Origin: Candidatus Peregrinibacteria bacterium Greene0416_19
Lineage (GTDB): Bacteria; Patescibacteriota; Gracilibacteria; Peribacterales; Peribacteraceae
Direction of reading: 5' to 3'
Length of the DNA stretch: 64,000 nt
NCBI GenBank assembly: GCA_007375735.1
Contig: VMEW01000009.1
Span: 48,569 to 112,568 of the forward strand
Part shown: positions 48,920-59,124 of the stretch, piece after piece
Layout of the letters: the number at the start of each line of letters is the position of its first letter
Position numbering within the stretch: position 1 is the first letter of the stretch
Made by a program: the position numbers and the translations under genes
Notes under the pieces: model-generated
What the model saw: only the letters and a program-made list of their open reading frames with translations
Told to the model about the DNA's origin: nothing
Database searches by the model: none

Positions 48920-51900
48920 ATGGAAAAACAAACGACACCAGAGGCGCCGAAGGATGGATTTTTCGGCCTCAACCGCCTCGTACGTCGAGAGGGGGGCGAG
49001 GGCCAGCTGCCAACACTGGATGCGAAGGAAGTGGAAGCTGCAGCAAATGGTGGTTGGGATGCGCTCGAGAAGTTCATCGGAATGAATCCGGATGGGACTG
49101 CGCGCAGCGAAACGGAGAAGGCGCAGCGGCTCCGTCAGGCGCTGAAAACCCTGCAGGAAAAGTTCCCCGAGCTCTACAAGCAAAAGCGCGAGGAAATCCT
49201 GAGCCATAGCCACGAATTACTGAAGAAGAGCCGAGCAGATACAGCAAAGGAATTACAGGCGGCAGTGGGTGACAAGCAGAAGGAGTTGCAAAAAACGATC
49301 GAAGAAGTGGCCGACTCCCACCGGGATGTGCTTGCGAGGCAGCGCGAGGCGGCTGAGGGCATTGGCAAGGTGACGGTGGAGTTCCGGCAGGCATACGACA
49401 GGGTACTGAGCGCAGACAAAAATGAAGCGTGGAAAATAGGTGCGGCCGCCATCGGCGGTGCCGTCATAGCGAGCGCAGTCTGGAACTATCTCCGTGAGTC
49501 GTGGACCGGCGAGAAGCTCACACTCTGGCAGAAGATCAAGAAGAGCTTTGGCGCTATCGCGTTCGGTGCGGCTGCGGGAGTGGTGGGGTACAACATGGCG
49601 TCGCGCATCGCGCCGAAGGGAGTGCGGGGACTGTTCGATGGCGCTGTTGACAAGTTCATGGCAGACCACCCGACCTTGCGCGATAGCATCAAGGCGGCGG
49701 AACAAGTCCCCGAAGGTATGACCACAGGTGCGCTCAAGTTCGTCGGCGATGTCGCCAACATCCCCGCGCAACTCATGAACGGGGGGCTGGTGTCGGTGGA
49801 CATGGATAAGAACCCCCTCCTGACGATTCCCGGAGAGACGATGACGCTCCCGTGGGACGCGCTTCTGAAGTTTCTGAAGCTCAAAGAGGTGCAGAAGGGC
49901 GAGTCCGTCTTGACCGTGTGGTTTGGTGCCGGCATGTACGCTGTGATGAGCAGGGCGACTTACCAGCTGATCAGACACATGAATCCATCGGCGTTGGCTG
50001 AATTTCTTTCCGTTCGCGGGATCGTGATGAATGCTGCCCGCGCAGGGCTTGCCCCGGTCGTGGTTCCCGTAGAGCACATGTACAAGGCAGTGAAAATTGC
50101 CAACACGCTCCGGATGAATAATCCGCTAGAGATCATGCGAGCGGAGTCCACCACGTGGGGCCCGTCCATTATGCGCGACCGGCAGCTGCGCTGGATCAAA
50201 AAGGGGACCGCTGGGAAACTGGAAGGTGCATTCGCGCGCTTCGCCGAGATCGACCAGTCCACCGCCCTCATGCGGGGCAACCGATCGGATACCCTGACCT
50301 ACGGCTACACCCAGGAAGAGATCACCGCGCGGGAAGCGCTCAGCGACACATATAAAGACCGGTTCGTCGAGCGCCTGAAACGGATGAATCCCGGCGAGCT
50401 CCAGGACGCGCCCGAATGGCTGGAGGAGCTGCACAAGGACGTCCTCAACAATCCCGACGCCGAGGTGAAGAGGATCCGCGATAGGTACTTCAACAAGGCA
50501 CGGGACAGGTTCCAAGCATTGCAGGAAGCGAAGACCGAGCTGCAACCTGGCAAGGTCAGGCGGGCGGCAGAATGGGGCAAGCGGAGTATCGGTCTCGGCG
50601 AGCGCGAGAGCGTCAAGCTGTCGCGCGCATCGGAAACTTTGCGCCGTGCGGACGTGAGCGCGAACGACATTCGTCGCACCCTAGGTGACGCCCAAGCCGA
50701 TCGCGTCGCCGCCCTCCGGAACGCCGAACCCCTCACGCAGGAAATTGCTGACAAGCAGGCTGCCATCCTCGGAAAGAAAATGCAGATCGACCTGAAGCAG
50801 ACCCGTCTGGCCGCCACAACCGACCCTGCTGTCAAGATGGCACTGCAGGATGAGATCGTTAAATTGAGAAAATATCTCGCCACACTGAATGCACAGCGGA
50901 CGGCCGCCGGCGAGAAGCTGGTGAAGCACCTGGCCACGCAGGACGAAGCGGTGCGCGGGGCGGTGGCCCGCCGAATGACCTCGCAGGCATTGGAAAATCC
51001 GGTCATCGAGGCATCTGTGCGGGCGGAACTGATCGATGAGCACGCCAGGCGTTTCGCGCCAACGACGAAAGGACGCGCAGCAGCTGCGCTGGAGGCCGAG
51101 CAGGAGCTCCAGGCTCTTAAAAAAGGGGGCATTCCTGCGAAGTGGGAAACAGCCTGGAAGAATGCACATAACAGCACTCCTCATAAAGGGAGCGGCACTC
51201 TGACGCTGAACGAGATTCATGCAAAAGATGTCATCCTTCAGGATGCCAAGATACCCAAAGCCCTACGCGATGGTTACCTCCAAGGTATCTGTGGCCAGGA
51301 AGGCGCCTCCCGCACACCGGAAAATCTGGCCGCAGCGGAAAGGGGGCGCGCCCCTGCACCTGCGGAGGAAGCGAAGGGGCCGAGGCAGACTGAAACGACC
51401 AAGACCAAACCGAGTGAACCTGCCGCCAGGAATACAGAAATAGAAACGAAGAAACCCGGATCGACAGTGCCAGAGAGGACGAAACCACCTGTTCTCAGCG
51501 AAGGAAAAACAACGAAATCACAAGCGCCCATGGAAGGAACAAGCGGAACCACTGAGGCAAAGCTAGGTACCGGATCAAAAGCCGGCCACGAAATAGGCGT
51601 ACTTGGAAAGACAATGATCTACGGCGGAACACTGGCAGCCGGTCTGAATCTGAAGCACGAACTGCTCTCGACCGCCGATGAGATGCTGCGGGTGGAGAAG
51701 GTGCGTCAAGACATGGAACGACAGGTCAAGGCGGCCGGCTTCGTGGAGGAACCGCGCGGCAGTGGCAGGTTCAAGCACCCGCTGGGTCCGGAATTCTCCA
51801 TGACGCTCATGAATCCGATTGAAGAACAGAAAGCCACCCAGTACATAAAGACCGGCGTCGCTGTGGCGGAAGTTGGGGTGGGACTCAGCGCCATCGTGAT

Positions 51901-54763
51901 GCCAAGCCTTGCGTTGGGACCTGCCGGATGGGCGGTTGCCGGTGTGGCCGTCTCAATCCACACCGCTCTGGAATCATTGAAAAATAAGGATGCGCGCGAA
52001 TTCGTCGCCAAGTGTCCACCGTGGCTGCTCGTGGCCATGGGAGGGAGCGCCGGGACGGTCGGCCGTTCCGAGTACGAAATGCTCAGTAATGCCTCCAGTT
52101 GGAACTTTGTGGAGTCATCGCCGGAAGTGAACCAGGAAACGCGCAGCAAAATGCTGTTCACGATCTTCACGCATGAAGTGGGGGGGGCGTCTCCCGCAAT
52201 GTTGCGTGAAATGACCGACGACCATCGATCTTTCCAAGCCATGGACAATCTGTATACGAATGACTTCCGGAACATCGTGCAAAAATACATGGCTGTCCGC
52301 TTCTATCAGAGAAATAGGGATGCCGGAAACAGACGGGCTTCATGGTCACAGGTGAAGGAAGGGCGCGTCGATAGCGGCGATATCATCCATTCTTCATACC
52401 TGTCCTATCTCGATGTCCGCACGACCATGCGTGAGGGAGCGGCCATGGAGCAGGCTCATGTCCGCGAGCGAAGGTACATGGAGCTTCTGAAAAGTGAACG
52501 GCATCTGATGCAGACAAAGGAAGGATTGGAGAAAGGCCAACAGACAGAGAGAGCAAAAAAGGATCTTGCGGACACCGGCACCGCACTGGAGCAAGTGAAG
52601 GCGGAATTGACCCGGCAGGGCGCTATTCTCGTGTATGGGCAGCCGCTCCAGTCTCTCACGACTGCGATGACCGAAAAGAATGGGTGGAAGACTCGCACGG
52701 AGCTCCTGATCTCCCGCATCCACGATCAGATCGAGCGCAGTCCGGACAAGCCGGATTTTCGGGTGGATACCAAGGGCATAGAGGGGTTACCTCCGTCGAT
52801 CGATCTGTCAAATGGTACGGCAGTCTACGACATCGTGAGTACCGATGCCGTGAGCGCACACAATCTACGCCATGTGGCCCCCCTGACCACTGATGAGGAT
52901 GAAGCGACAATATCTTCACAGAAGATGCTTACGCGGGAGAGTGTCTTTCACCGCCCCATCACTGGACTCGATGAGAACTTTGCACTCAATGGCATGCGCG
53001 AGCGGGCGCGGGACGTGGCGATGGTGAGTGGTGGCCAGATCAATGGAAATGAATCATGGGAAGCTTCCCAGGACATCATCACGAATGGCATCACAAGCTT
53101 GATTGCCAAGGACCGAGAGACGGCTGGCAAACTCGAACGAAATGACCCACTTGCAGCATCTCTGTACGGCAAGGACACCGATATCCTGGTATTCCAGGAT
53201 CTTCGCAGTCCGCCACAAGGCGGCTCTGACTCTTTCTTCGCGCAACGCGAGATGATCAAACGGATCGCCCAGCCACCCAATCAGGGGAATTTTGCGCGCA
53301 AGAATGTGGTCGCCGTCTGCTTCGAAGGTCGTTCCACTCCGCGCGGTGACGTGATGCTTGCAACATTCGTGTACGGAGATGGCGGATCGAAAGTGAATGG
53401 AAGCCAAAATCTCCATGTGTTGCAACAGGCGGCGATCGGCCGTACCCAGTACCGCAAAGGGGAACCATACGTGAATCACTGGAGCGGATCGCAGCGTGCG
53501 GCGCCTGAGAAGGAATTCTTCCAGCAACAAGGGGCCGAGAAGATGCTTGCATCTACCGCACCGGAAATCGCACAGGCACTGGAGCAACGTGCACTCAAGG
53601 CAGAGCAAAAGAAAATAGAGGAAAGCCGGCGGGTCGTTCAGGCTGATAATCAGAAAGAGCGTGCCCGCGCTGCCTTCCAGCCGCGCATCGACCGCGCGGA
53701 GAAGTCACAGGATGCCTTCGTGGAGACAACAGATCCGACACAGCCCTACGATAGGCATGTGCGGGAATACCGGCGACGGTATGGCGATGCAGTCATCATC
53801 AATGAATACAAGCCGCATGTCGACGGCAGAACGCCTGACCAGCCGACGGTGAGTAATGCCCTTTCTCTGGACCGACGCGCGTCCGGGCTACGGAACGGAA
53901 CGTACATGCGGGAACCGACAAAAGTGGACATTCAGACGGCTGATCTGGATGATGAAAGTATCGCATTCAGGATCATGAAGGATGGGCAGGAACGGACACT
54001 CTCGGTCACTTCATGGCAGGATGTCCAGCGGTTACCGGACGATGACCGGCGGATTTTCATGGATCTCATCACCACTCCCATCGAGGACAGAGGAACCGCC
54101 CTCTACCGCATGATCGGGCTCTTCCCCCGAATGATCTCCGTCGATCGCGGATACCTGCGGGGATCTGAGAAGTTCGATCTTTTCAACCGACTCGGGCCGC
54201 TGTACGAAGCTGCAGCGGATAAGAAAACATTCCTCGTCAATCTATGGCCGCAACTTGTGAGTGCCACCCAGAAAGACGGTGGCCTGATGAAGGACAACGT
54301 CATCGCAATCGCAGGGTGGTACGATGGGCACCGGAACTACTTCAGATCGCTGCCCGAGGACGTCGCAGGGCGCTTGCGGGAGCAGAGCCGTCGCTTGGGC
54401 GAGGAAACGCTCAAAGCCAGCGGAGCGACACTGTTGAGCGAAGGCGAGGGAACCTATCAGCTCGCTTCCGGCTATAAAGAGAAGGATTCCAAAGCCGAGC
54501 ACCTGCTCATCCGCTTCACGGACAAATGGGAATGCAAAGCCGACTGGGAGAAGAACTGGGCGCCGGCTGGTGTGCGTGGCTTCAACACGCAGAAAATCGA
54601 GGAAGGACTCGGCGGAGGAAGCCTGACGGCCGAAATGCGCGCCAAGCGCAATGAATGGAACATCCTCCTGGGGAGTCTCCGCAAAGCCGACGCCGGCAAC
54701 GCCGCCGACCTGGACAAAATCCTCATCGCAACCCGCAAGCCCAATCCAAAGAAACCCGCCTGA
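48920..54763 (+). CDS. giant 1947-aa membrane-associated coiled-coil protein
   Basis: Uninterrupted ORF with several Gly/Ala-rich hydrophobic helices. Confidence 0.85.
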   Translation: MEKQTTPEAPKDGFFGLNRLVRREGGEGQLPTLDAKEVEAAANGGWDALEKFIGMNPDGTARSETEKAQRLRQALKTLQEKFPELYKQKREEILSHSHELLKKSRADTAKELQAAVGDKQKELQKTIEEVADSHRDVLARQREAAEGIGKVTVEFRQAYDRVLSADKNEAWKIGAAAIGGAVIASAVWNYLRESWTGEKLTLWQKIKKSFGAIAFGAAAGVVGYNMASRIAPKGVRGLFDGAVDKFMADHPTLRDSIKAAEQVPEGMTTGALKFVGDVANIPAQLMNGGLVSVDMDKNPLLTIPGETMTLPWDALLKFLKLKEVQKGESVLTVWFGAGMYAVMSRATYQLIRHMNPSALAEFLSVRGIVMNAARAGLAPVVVPVEHMYKAVKIANTLRMNNPLEIMRAESTTWGPSIMRDRQLRWIKKGTAGKLEGAFARFAEIDQSTALMRGNRSDTLTYGYTQEEITAREALSDTYKDRFVERLKRMNPGELQDAPEWLEELHKDVLNNPDAEVKRIRDRYFNKARDRFQALQEAKTELQPGKVRRAAEWGKRSIGLGERESVKLSRASETLRRADVSANDIRRTLGDAQADRVAALRNAEPLTQEIADKQAAILGKKMQIDLKQTRLAATTDPAVKMALQDEIVKLRKYLATLNAQRTAAGEKLVKHLATQDEAVRGAVARRMTSQALENPVIEASVRAELIDEHARRFAPTTKGRAAAALEAEQELQALKKGGIPAKWETAWKNAHNSTPHKGSGTLTLNEIHAKDVILQDAKIPKALRDGYLQGICGQEGASRTPENLAAAERGRAPAPAEEAKGPRQTETTKTKPSEPAARNTEIETKKPGSTVPERTKPPVLSEGKTTKSQAPMEGTSGTTEAKLGTGSKAGHEIGVLGKTMIYGGTLAAGLNLKHELLSTADEMLRVEKVRQDMERQVKAAGFVEEPRGSGRFKHPLGPEFSMTLMNPIEEQKATQYIKTGVAVAEVGVGLSAIVMPSLALGPAGWAVAGVAVSIHTALESLKNKDAREFVAKCPPWLLVAMGGSAGTVGRSEYEMLSNASSWNFVESSPEVNQETRSKMLFTIFTHEVGGASPAMLREMTDDHRSFQAMDNLYTNDFRNIVQKYMAVRFYQRNRDAGNRRASWSQVKEGRVDSGDIIHSSYLSYLDVRTTMREGAAMEQAHVRERRYMELLKSERHLMQTKEGLEKGQQTERAKKDLADTGTALEQVKAELTRQGAILVYGQPLQSLTTAMTEKNGWKTRTELLISRIHDQIERSPDKPDFRVDTKGIEGLPPSIDLSNGTAVYDIVSTDAVSAHNLRHVAPLTTDEDEATISSQKMLTRESVFHRPITGLDENFALNGMRERARDVAMVSGGQINGNESWEASQDIITNGITSLIAKDRETAGKLERNDPLAASLYGKDTDILVFQDLRSPPQGGSDSFFAQREMIKRIAQPPNQGNFARKNVVAVCFEGRSTPRGDVMLATFVYGDGGSKVNGSQNLHVLQQAAIGRTQYRKGEPYVNHWSGSQRAAPEKEFFQQQGAEKMLASTAPEIAQALEQRALKAEQKKIEESRRVVQADNQKERARAAFQPRIDRAEKSQDAFVETTDPTQPYDRHVREYRRRYGDAVIINEYKPHVDGRTPDQPTVSNALSLDRRASGLRNGTYMREPTKVDIQTADLDDESIAFRIMKDGQERTLSVTSWQDVQRLPDDDRRIFMDLITTPIEDRGTALYRMIGLFPRMISVDRGYLRGSEKFDLFNRLGPLYEAAADKKTFLVNLWPQLVSATQKDGGLMKDNVIAIAGWYDGHRNYFRSLPEDVAGRLREQSRRLGEETLKASGATLLSEGEGTYQLASGYKEKDSKAEHLLIRFTDKWECKADWEKNWAPAGVRGFNTQKIEEGLGGGSLTAEMRAKRNEWNILLGSLRKADAGNAADLDKILIATRKPNPKKPA

Positions 54764-54842
54764 ATTGTTCTTTGAACTCCAGTAAAATACTGACCATCAC
54801 CTTCAAATTCTTAATTCATAAATCTTAATTCTCAATTCCGTC

Positions 54843-55256
54843 ATGTCCCTCCTCCGCACCTACCTCTTCCTCATCCCCCTCCTCGTCCTCCTCCTGGCCG
54901 AGGTGACAAAGGCCGCTGTCGCGCGCGCGCGGACGGGCACCTGGCACGACAAGATCTTCCACCCGGGCGGCATGCCGAGCAGCCACTCGGCATTCGTGAC
55001 ATCTCTCCTCATCATTGTAGAAAGGAAACTTAGCACAGAGTCTATAGAATTTGCCATCGCCTTCTGCTTCGCCTGCATCGTGTGGTACGACGCCGTCATG
55101 GTGCGCGGTATGCTCGGCAAGCAGGCGGAAATTCTCAATCACCTGCAGCCCTGGAGGCACCTGAGAACCAGACTGGGGCACTCGCTGCCGGAAGTAGCCG
55201 GGGGGATTCTATTCGGGGCGGTAGTGACGTGGATTGGGATTGCGGTGAGTGCGTGA
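54843..55256 (+). CDS. divergent PAP2 family protein (DUF212)
   Basis: GGMPSSHSA, YDA..VR...GKQAEILN, LGHSLPEV. Confidence 0.92.
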   Translation: MSLLRTYLFLIPLLVLLLAEVTKAAVARARTGTWHDKIFHPGGMPSSHSAFVTSLLIIVERKLSTESIEFAIAFCFACIVWYDAVMVRGMLGKQAEILNHLQPWRHLRTRLGHSLPEVAGGILFGAVVTWIGIAVSA

Positions 55257-55267
55257 GGAGGGATTGT

Positions 55268-55407
55268 GCCCCCTCCCTGCGGCCCTCCCCCTCGCTTCGC
55301 TGGGAGAGGGCGAGATCAATACGTATTATTTTCATACTGAAGTCGCCCTCTCCCAGGCCGCAAGCCCGCAGGCTGAGGCCGAGGGGGAGGGCCTTTAGGG
55401 AGGGGGC
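55268..55407. repeat. REP-like inverted repeat pair between convergent genes
   Basis: Same family as 24129-24360. Confidence 0.8.
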
Positions 55408-55431
55408 ATGAACAAGGCCAGAAACCGCTGA

Positions 55432-55917
55432 TCACGTAGACGACTTCCATCTGCCCCGCACCACTCTCCGGAACGTATCGACAATGACCGGCAGCTCCAG
55501 GTAATCGATCACAATCGCCACCCACGCCAGCCATAACGGCAGCACCGTACCGGGGTTGCCCTCGAACGCGTTCACCACGAATTCGTCGGTGATCCAGAAC
55601 AGGTGCAGCCACTGGATGTTGAGGAAGAGGAGAAACGCGATCCCTTTCCAATGGAACGATCGCCGGAGATCGTACAGGTACACGAGCGACGTGCCGATGA
55701 TGGCGGGGATTTCCGTGTAGTCGACCGCGACGATGAGCAGTTCCCAGTACGGCGGAGGGGCGAACGGATGCCAATCCAGCAACCGCGGCACGACCACGTC
55801 GAGGGTCAGCCATGTCAGGTGAACGAGCTGGAGCGCAAAGAGCGCGGCCGCCACGGCTATGTTCCGCTCCTCGTGAAGGGCGTACCAGCGCCAGAATCGG
55901 TCGGTGAGTCCGGGCAT
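55432..55917 (-). CDS. hypothetical membrane protein
   Basis: 4 TM segments with repeated (V/I)DYxE(I/L)P motif; TACACT 7 nt upstream. Confidence 0.75.
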   Translation of the reverse strand: MPGLTDRFWRWYALHEERNIAVAAALFALQLVHLTWLTLDVVVPRLLDWHPFAPPPYWELLIVAVDYTEIPAIIGTSLVYLYDLRRSFHWKGIAFLLFLNIQWLHLFWITDEFVVNAFEGNPGTVLPLWLAWVAIVIDYLELPVIVDTFRRVVRGRWKSST

Positions 55918-55940
55918 GAATGGGAGTGTAGCAAACTCTG

Positions 55941-56033
55941 AAGGAGTCCGAGGATACCGAGGAATCCGACGAGTCCGAGGATTGACAGCATTCCCTCGGA
56001 CTCCTCGGTATCGTCGGATTCCTCGGACTCTTC
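55941..56033. repeat. palindromic element of 9-bp units
   Basis: GAGTCCGAG GATACCGAG GAATCCGAC... / ...CTCGGACTC; related to 21767-21846. Confidence 0.8.
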
Positions 56034-56065
56034 CGTCAGGAGAAGGTACAACCTATACTCCCTCC

Positions 56066-57499
56066 ATGCCAAGACTCGCCGATCAACAGGCAGATTTTCC
56101 GCAATGGTACCTCGACGTCATCGAGCAGGCCGACCTGGCCGAGCATGCGGATGTGAAGGGCTGCATCATCTTCAAGCCCTACGGCTACGCCCTGTGGGAG
56201 GCCATCCAGCGGGATCTGGACCGGCGCATCAAGGCGCTGGGAGTGGAGAACGCGTACTTTCCGCTTTTCATTCCGGAGTCGATGATCGCGAAAGAGAAAG
56301 AGCACGTGAAGGGCTTCGCGCCGGAGTGCGCGGTGGTGACCCACGGCGGCGGGAAGGAGCTGACCGAGAAGCTCTACATTCGCCCGACGAGCGAGACCAT
56401 CATCTACAACTCCTTCGCCAAGTGGGTCCACAGCCACCGCGATCTGCCGCTCAAGATCAACCAGTGGGCCAACGTGGTCCGGTGGGAGATGCGTACGCGC
56501 CCCTTCCTCCGCACGCTTGAGTTCCTGTGGCAGGAAGGACACACCTGCCATGCCACCAAAGAGGATGCGGATCAGATGGTCGAGGCCGCCCTTGCGATGT
56601 ACGCCGACTTCGACCGGGAATTCCTGGCGCTCCCCGTGATGAGGGGCCGCAAGCCGGAGCACGAGAAGTTTGCCGGCGCCCTCTACACCCTCAGCACCGA
56701 GGCGCTTGCCCGTGACGGCAAGGCCATCCAGGCGGGCACCTCACACAACCTGGGACAGGGATTCTCGGAAGCGTATGACGTGAACTTCCTGGACGCCGTG
56801 GGCAAGCAGCAACGCCCCTGGATGACCAGTTGGGGACTCTCCACCCGCATCATCGGCACCGTCATCGTGGTGCACGGGGATGCCAAGGGTCTGCGCCTGC
56901 CCCCCATGCTCGCACCGATCCAAATGGTCATAGTGCCCATCTATAAGACCGATGAGGAGAAGACGGCAGTGCTGAAAATTGCTCGCGAGATCGAAGCGGT
57001 GCTCAAACCGACCGTCCGCATCAAGGTCGACGACCGCGACGAGAAGTCCCCCGGCTTCAAGTTCAACGAGTGGGAGGTGAAGGGCGTGCCCGTCCGCATC
57101 GAGCTCGGGCCCAGGGACCTGGAGAAGAAACAGGTGACTGTGGTGCGGCGGGACACTGGGGAGAAGACGGCAATGCCGATCGCGTCGTGTACGCCGTCAG
57201 CGATGCAGACGTTGCTCGCTGGGATCCAGCAATCCCTCTACGACCAGGCCGAGGAATTCCTCAAGAGTCACACCCATACCGTTGAATCGTACGATGATCT
57301 GAAGAAGATCATCGCGAGCGACGAGGGAGGATTCGTCTGGGCTCCGTGGGACGGCACGCGGGAGACGGCTGAGCGGGTGAAGAACCAGACGAAAGCCTCT
57401 ATCCGACTCCTGGGCGAGGAGAAGCCGGCGGAGGGCGTGAAGGATGGTCTTTCGGGGGTGCCGGCAACGGAGATGGCGCTGTACGCGAAGGCGTACTGA
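56066..57499 (+). CDS. proS: proline--tRNA ligase (archaeal/eukaryote type)
   Basis: RPTSET, QWANVVRWE..TRPFLRT.EFLWQEGH, QAGTSHNLGQ, SWGLSTR, C-terminal Tyr. Confidence 0.97.
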   Translation: MPRLADQQADFPQWYLDVIEQADLAEHADVKGCIIFKPYGYALWEAIQRDLDRRIKALGVENAYFPLFIPESMIAKEKEHVKGFAPECAVVTHGGGKELTEKLYIRPTSETIIYNSFAKWVHSHRDLPLKINQWANVVRWEMRTRPFLRTLEFLWQEGHTCHATKEDADQMVEAALAMYADFDREFLALPVMRGRKPEHEKFAGALYTLSTEALARDGKAIQAGTSHNLGQGFSEAYDVNFLDAVGKQQRPWMTSWGLSTRIIGTVIVVHGDAKGLRLPPMLAPIQMVIVPIYKTDEEKTAVLKIAREIEAVLKPTVRIKVDDRDEKSPGFKFNEWEVKGVPVRIELGPRDLEKKQVTVVRRDTGEKTAMPIASCTPSAMQTLLAGIQQSLYDQAEEFLKSHTHTVESYDDLKKIIASDEGGFVWAPWDGTRETAERVKNQTKASIRLLGEEKPAEGVKDGLSGVPATEMALYAKAY

Positions 57500-58427
57500 C
57501 CGGCGCCTCTTTTTTCTCCAGCTGCTGCAGGCGCTGGCTGAGATCCTGTTGGGCAGCCCTGATCTGCCCGGAGTAGCTCTCGATGAGCGGAGAAAATTGC
57601 TGCAGCAGCGCAGGCTGATCGGATGGGATGGCGCTGCGGACGCGATGCAGGCTCTCGCGCGTATCGGTGAGGACGCGGATGGCCCGGTGCAGCCTGCCCA
57701 CCGCATCCGCGGGATCGGCTGCATCCTCGACCCGCACCCGGCTCTCGTGGAGCATCTTGGCGTACAGAGCGATGACCCAGGCGCGTTTGGCCCGGTCACG
57801 CAGGACTTCCTCATGGATGATCCATCGCAGGACGCCGCCGGGTTCCCGCGGAAAGAGGACGAAGGAGTAGAGCGGATTTCCGGCCATCAGGGGAGTCCTC
57901 TTGCGCCCATGTTTCTCGGCTTCGATCTCCGGATCGGGATCCGGCTGTACGATGAGACGCTGGCGCCGATACCACGCGGCTATTTCCGGGTCGCGGAGCG
58001 CCAGTGCATGGATCTCTTCGAAAGCCACAAGGCACTCCTCGCAGAGATTCATGGGCATGCCCCGCAGGAAGTGCATGTCCTGCACCATGTCCCGGTCCAC
58101 TTCCATATCCGATCCCGGCAGCCGGATGGAGCCCGACCGCATCTGTTCCCTCCGATGGAGCCGCCGCATGGATATCTCCATCGACCGGCGGAGCGCTCCC
58201 GGCGACTCGCCGGGAGAGAGAGAATGCTCCGACCGGCCGCGTGAAGCGGAAGCGACGAATGCCCCTCCGGCGAGATGACGGAACGACCGGCTGTACTCCT
58301 GCCGCAGCCGCGTCACGCGGGCGCCATGCGGAGAACCACGCTCTGCGGAAGCAGGCGCCGGCAACTGCCCCTCCGCGGAGGAAGCGAGGAAGGCGAGCGC
58401 CGCGAAGACGTTCCGGAGTGCAGACAA
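57399..58427 (-). CDS. hypothetical protein
   Basis: 342-aa ORF convergent with proS, overlapping it by ~100 bp; TTG start uncertain. Confidence 0.5.
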   Translation of the reverse strand: MSALRNVFAALAFLASSAEGQLPAPASAERGSPHGARVTRLRQEYSRSFRHLAGGAFVASASRGRSEHSLSPGESPGALRRSMEISMRRLHRREQMRSGSIRLPGSDMEVDRDMVQDMHFLRGMPMNLCEECLVAFEEIHALALRDPEIAAWYRRQRLIVQPDPDPEIEAEKHGRKRTPLMAGNPLYSFVLFPREPGGVLRWIIHEEVLRDRAKRAWVIALYAKMLHESRVRVEDAADPADAVGRLHRAIRVLTDTRESLHRVRSAIPSDQPALLQQFSPLIESYSGQIRAAQQDLSQRLQQLEKKEAPVSTPSRTAPSPLPAPPKDHPSRPPPASPRPGVG

Positions 58428-58498
58428 GAGGGCAATCTAACCATCGGGCCCGCCCCCCTGTCAACGGCTCCGCCGCCTGTGGAAAGAGGATCCGGGCA

Positions 58499-59044
58499 TC
58501 AGGCTGAGGCCTGCCGCCGCTGGAACTGGACCAATACCTCCCCCACGACCTTTGCCACGCGTTCGGCCTCGGGGATGTACTTCAGGCACATCTTCTGTCC
58601 CGTCCCCTCCTTGAGATCGAAGCAGACAATGCCGAAAGGCAGCAAGTTCCAGTACTGCGTCTCAGCGTGCACGCTCGCCAGATTCTCCAGGTTCATCTGC
58701 CGGACGATGCGATGGACGATGGACGTCTGGTTCACGAGCACGATCTTCTCGTCCGTGACGAAGAGCAGATCGAACTTCCAGTCGATGTAGGCCTTGAGCA
58801 ACCGGAAGAAGATGGCGACGAACCAGAGGACGAAGGCGAGACCGATGGCCCAGAGGAGTGGGAGACCGACTTCGGAGGCCACGACTGCGATGCCCGCGAG
58901 GAGGAGCGTCAGCAGCATCGCGACGACGAACCGCAGGAAAAAGAGGAAGCCGTGGAACCGGACGGTCAGCATCGGGCACTCCTGGTCGGCGAGCAGGCTC
59001 TCACAGAGCTTGCCGGTATCGGTTTCGAGAGCGAAGAGACGCAT
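58499..59044 (-). CDS. bacterial PH (bPH_2-like) membrane protein
   Basis: 2 TM then VTDEKIV...MNLENLASV...FGIV. Confidence 0.75.
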   Translation of the reverse strand: MRLFALETDTGKLCESLLADQECPMLTVRFHGFLFFLRFVVAMLLTLLLAGIAVVASEVGLPLLWAIGLAFVLWFVAIFFRLLKAYIDWKFDLLFVTDEKIVLVNQTSIVHRIVRQMNLENLASVHAETQYWNLLPFGIVCFDLKEGTGQKMCLKYIPEAERVAKVVGEVLVQFQRRQASA

Positions 59045-59124
59045 GGAACCATTGTACCCCTTCTAGATGTTAACTAAACATTACTGACCAACGTATCGTT
59101 TTTTGCTAGAATAGAGAGATTCCT

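Noticed and set aside
48920-54763. Phage tape-measure protein
   Set aside because: No neighbouring tail or baseplate genes; the similarity is only compositional.
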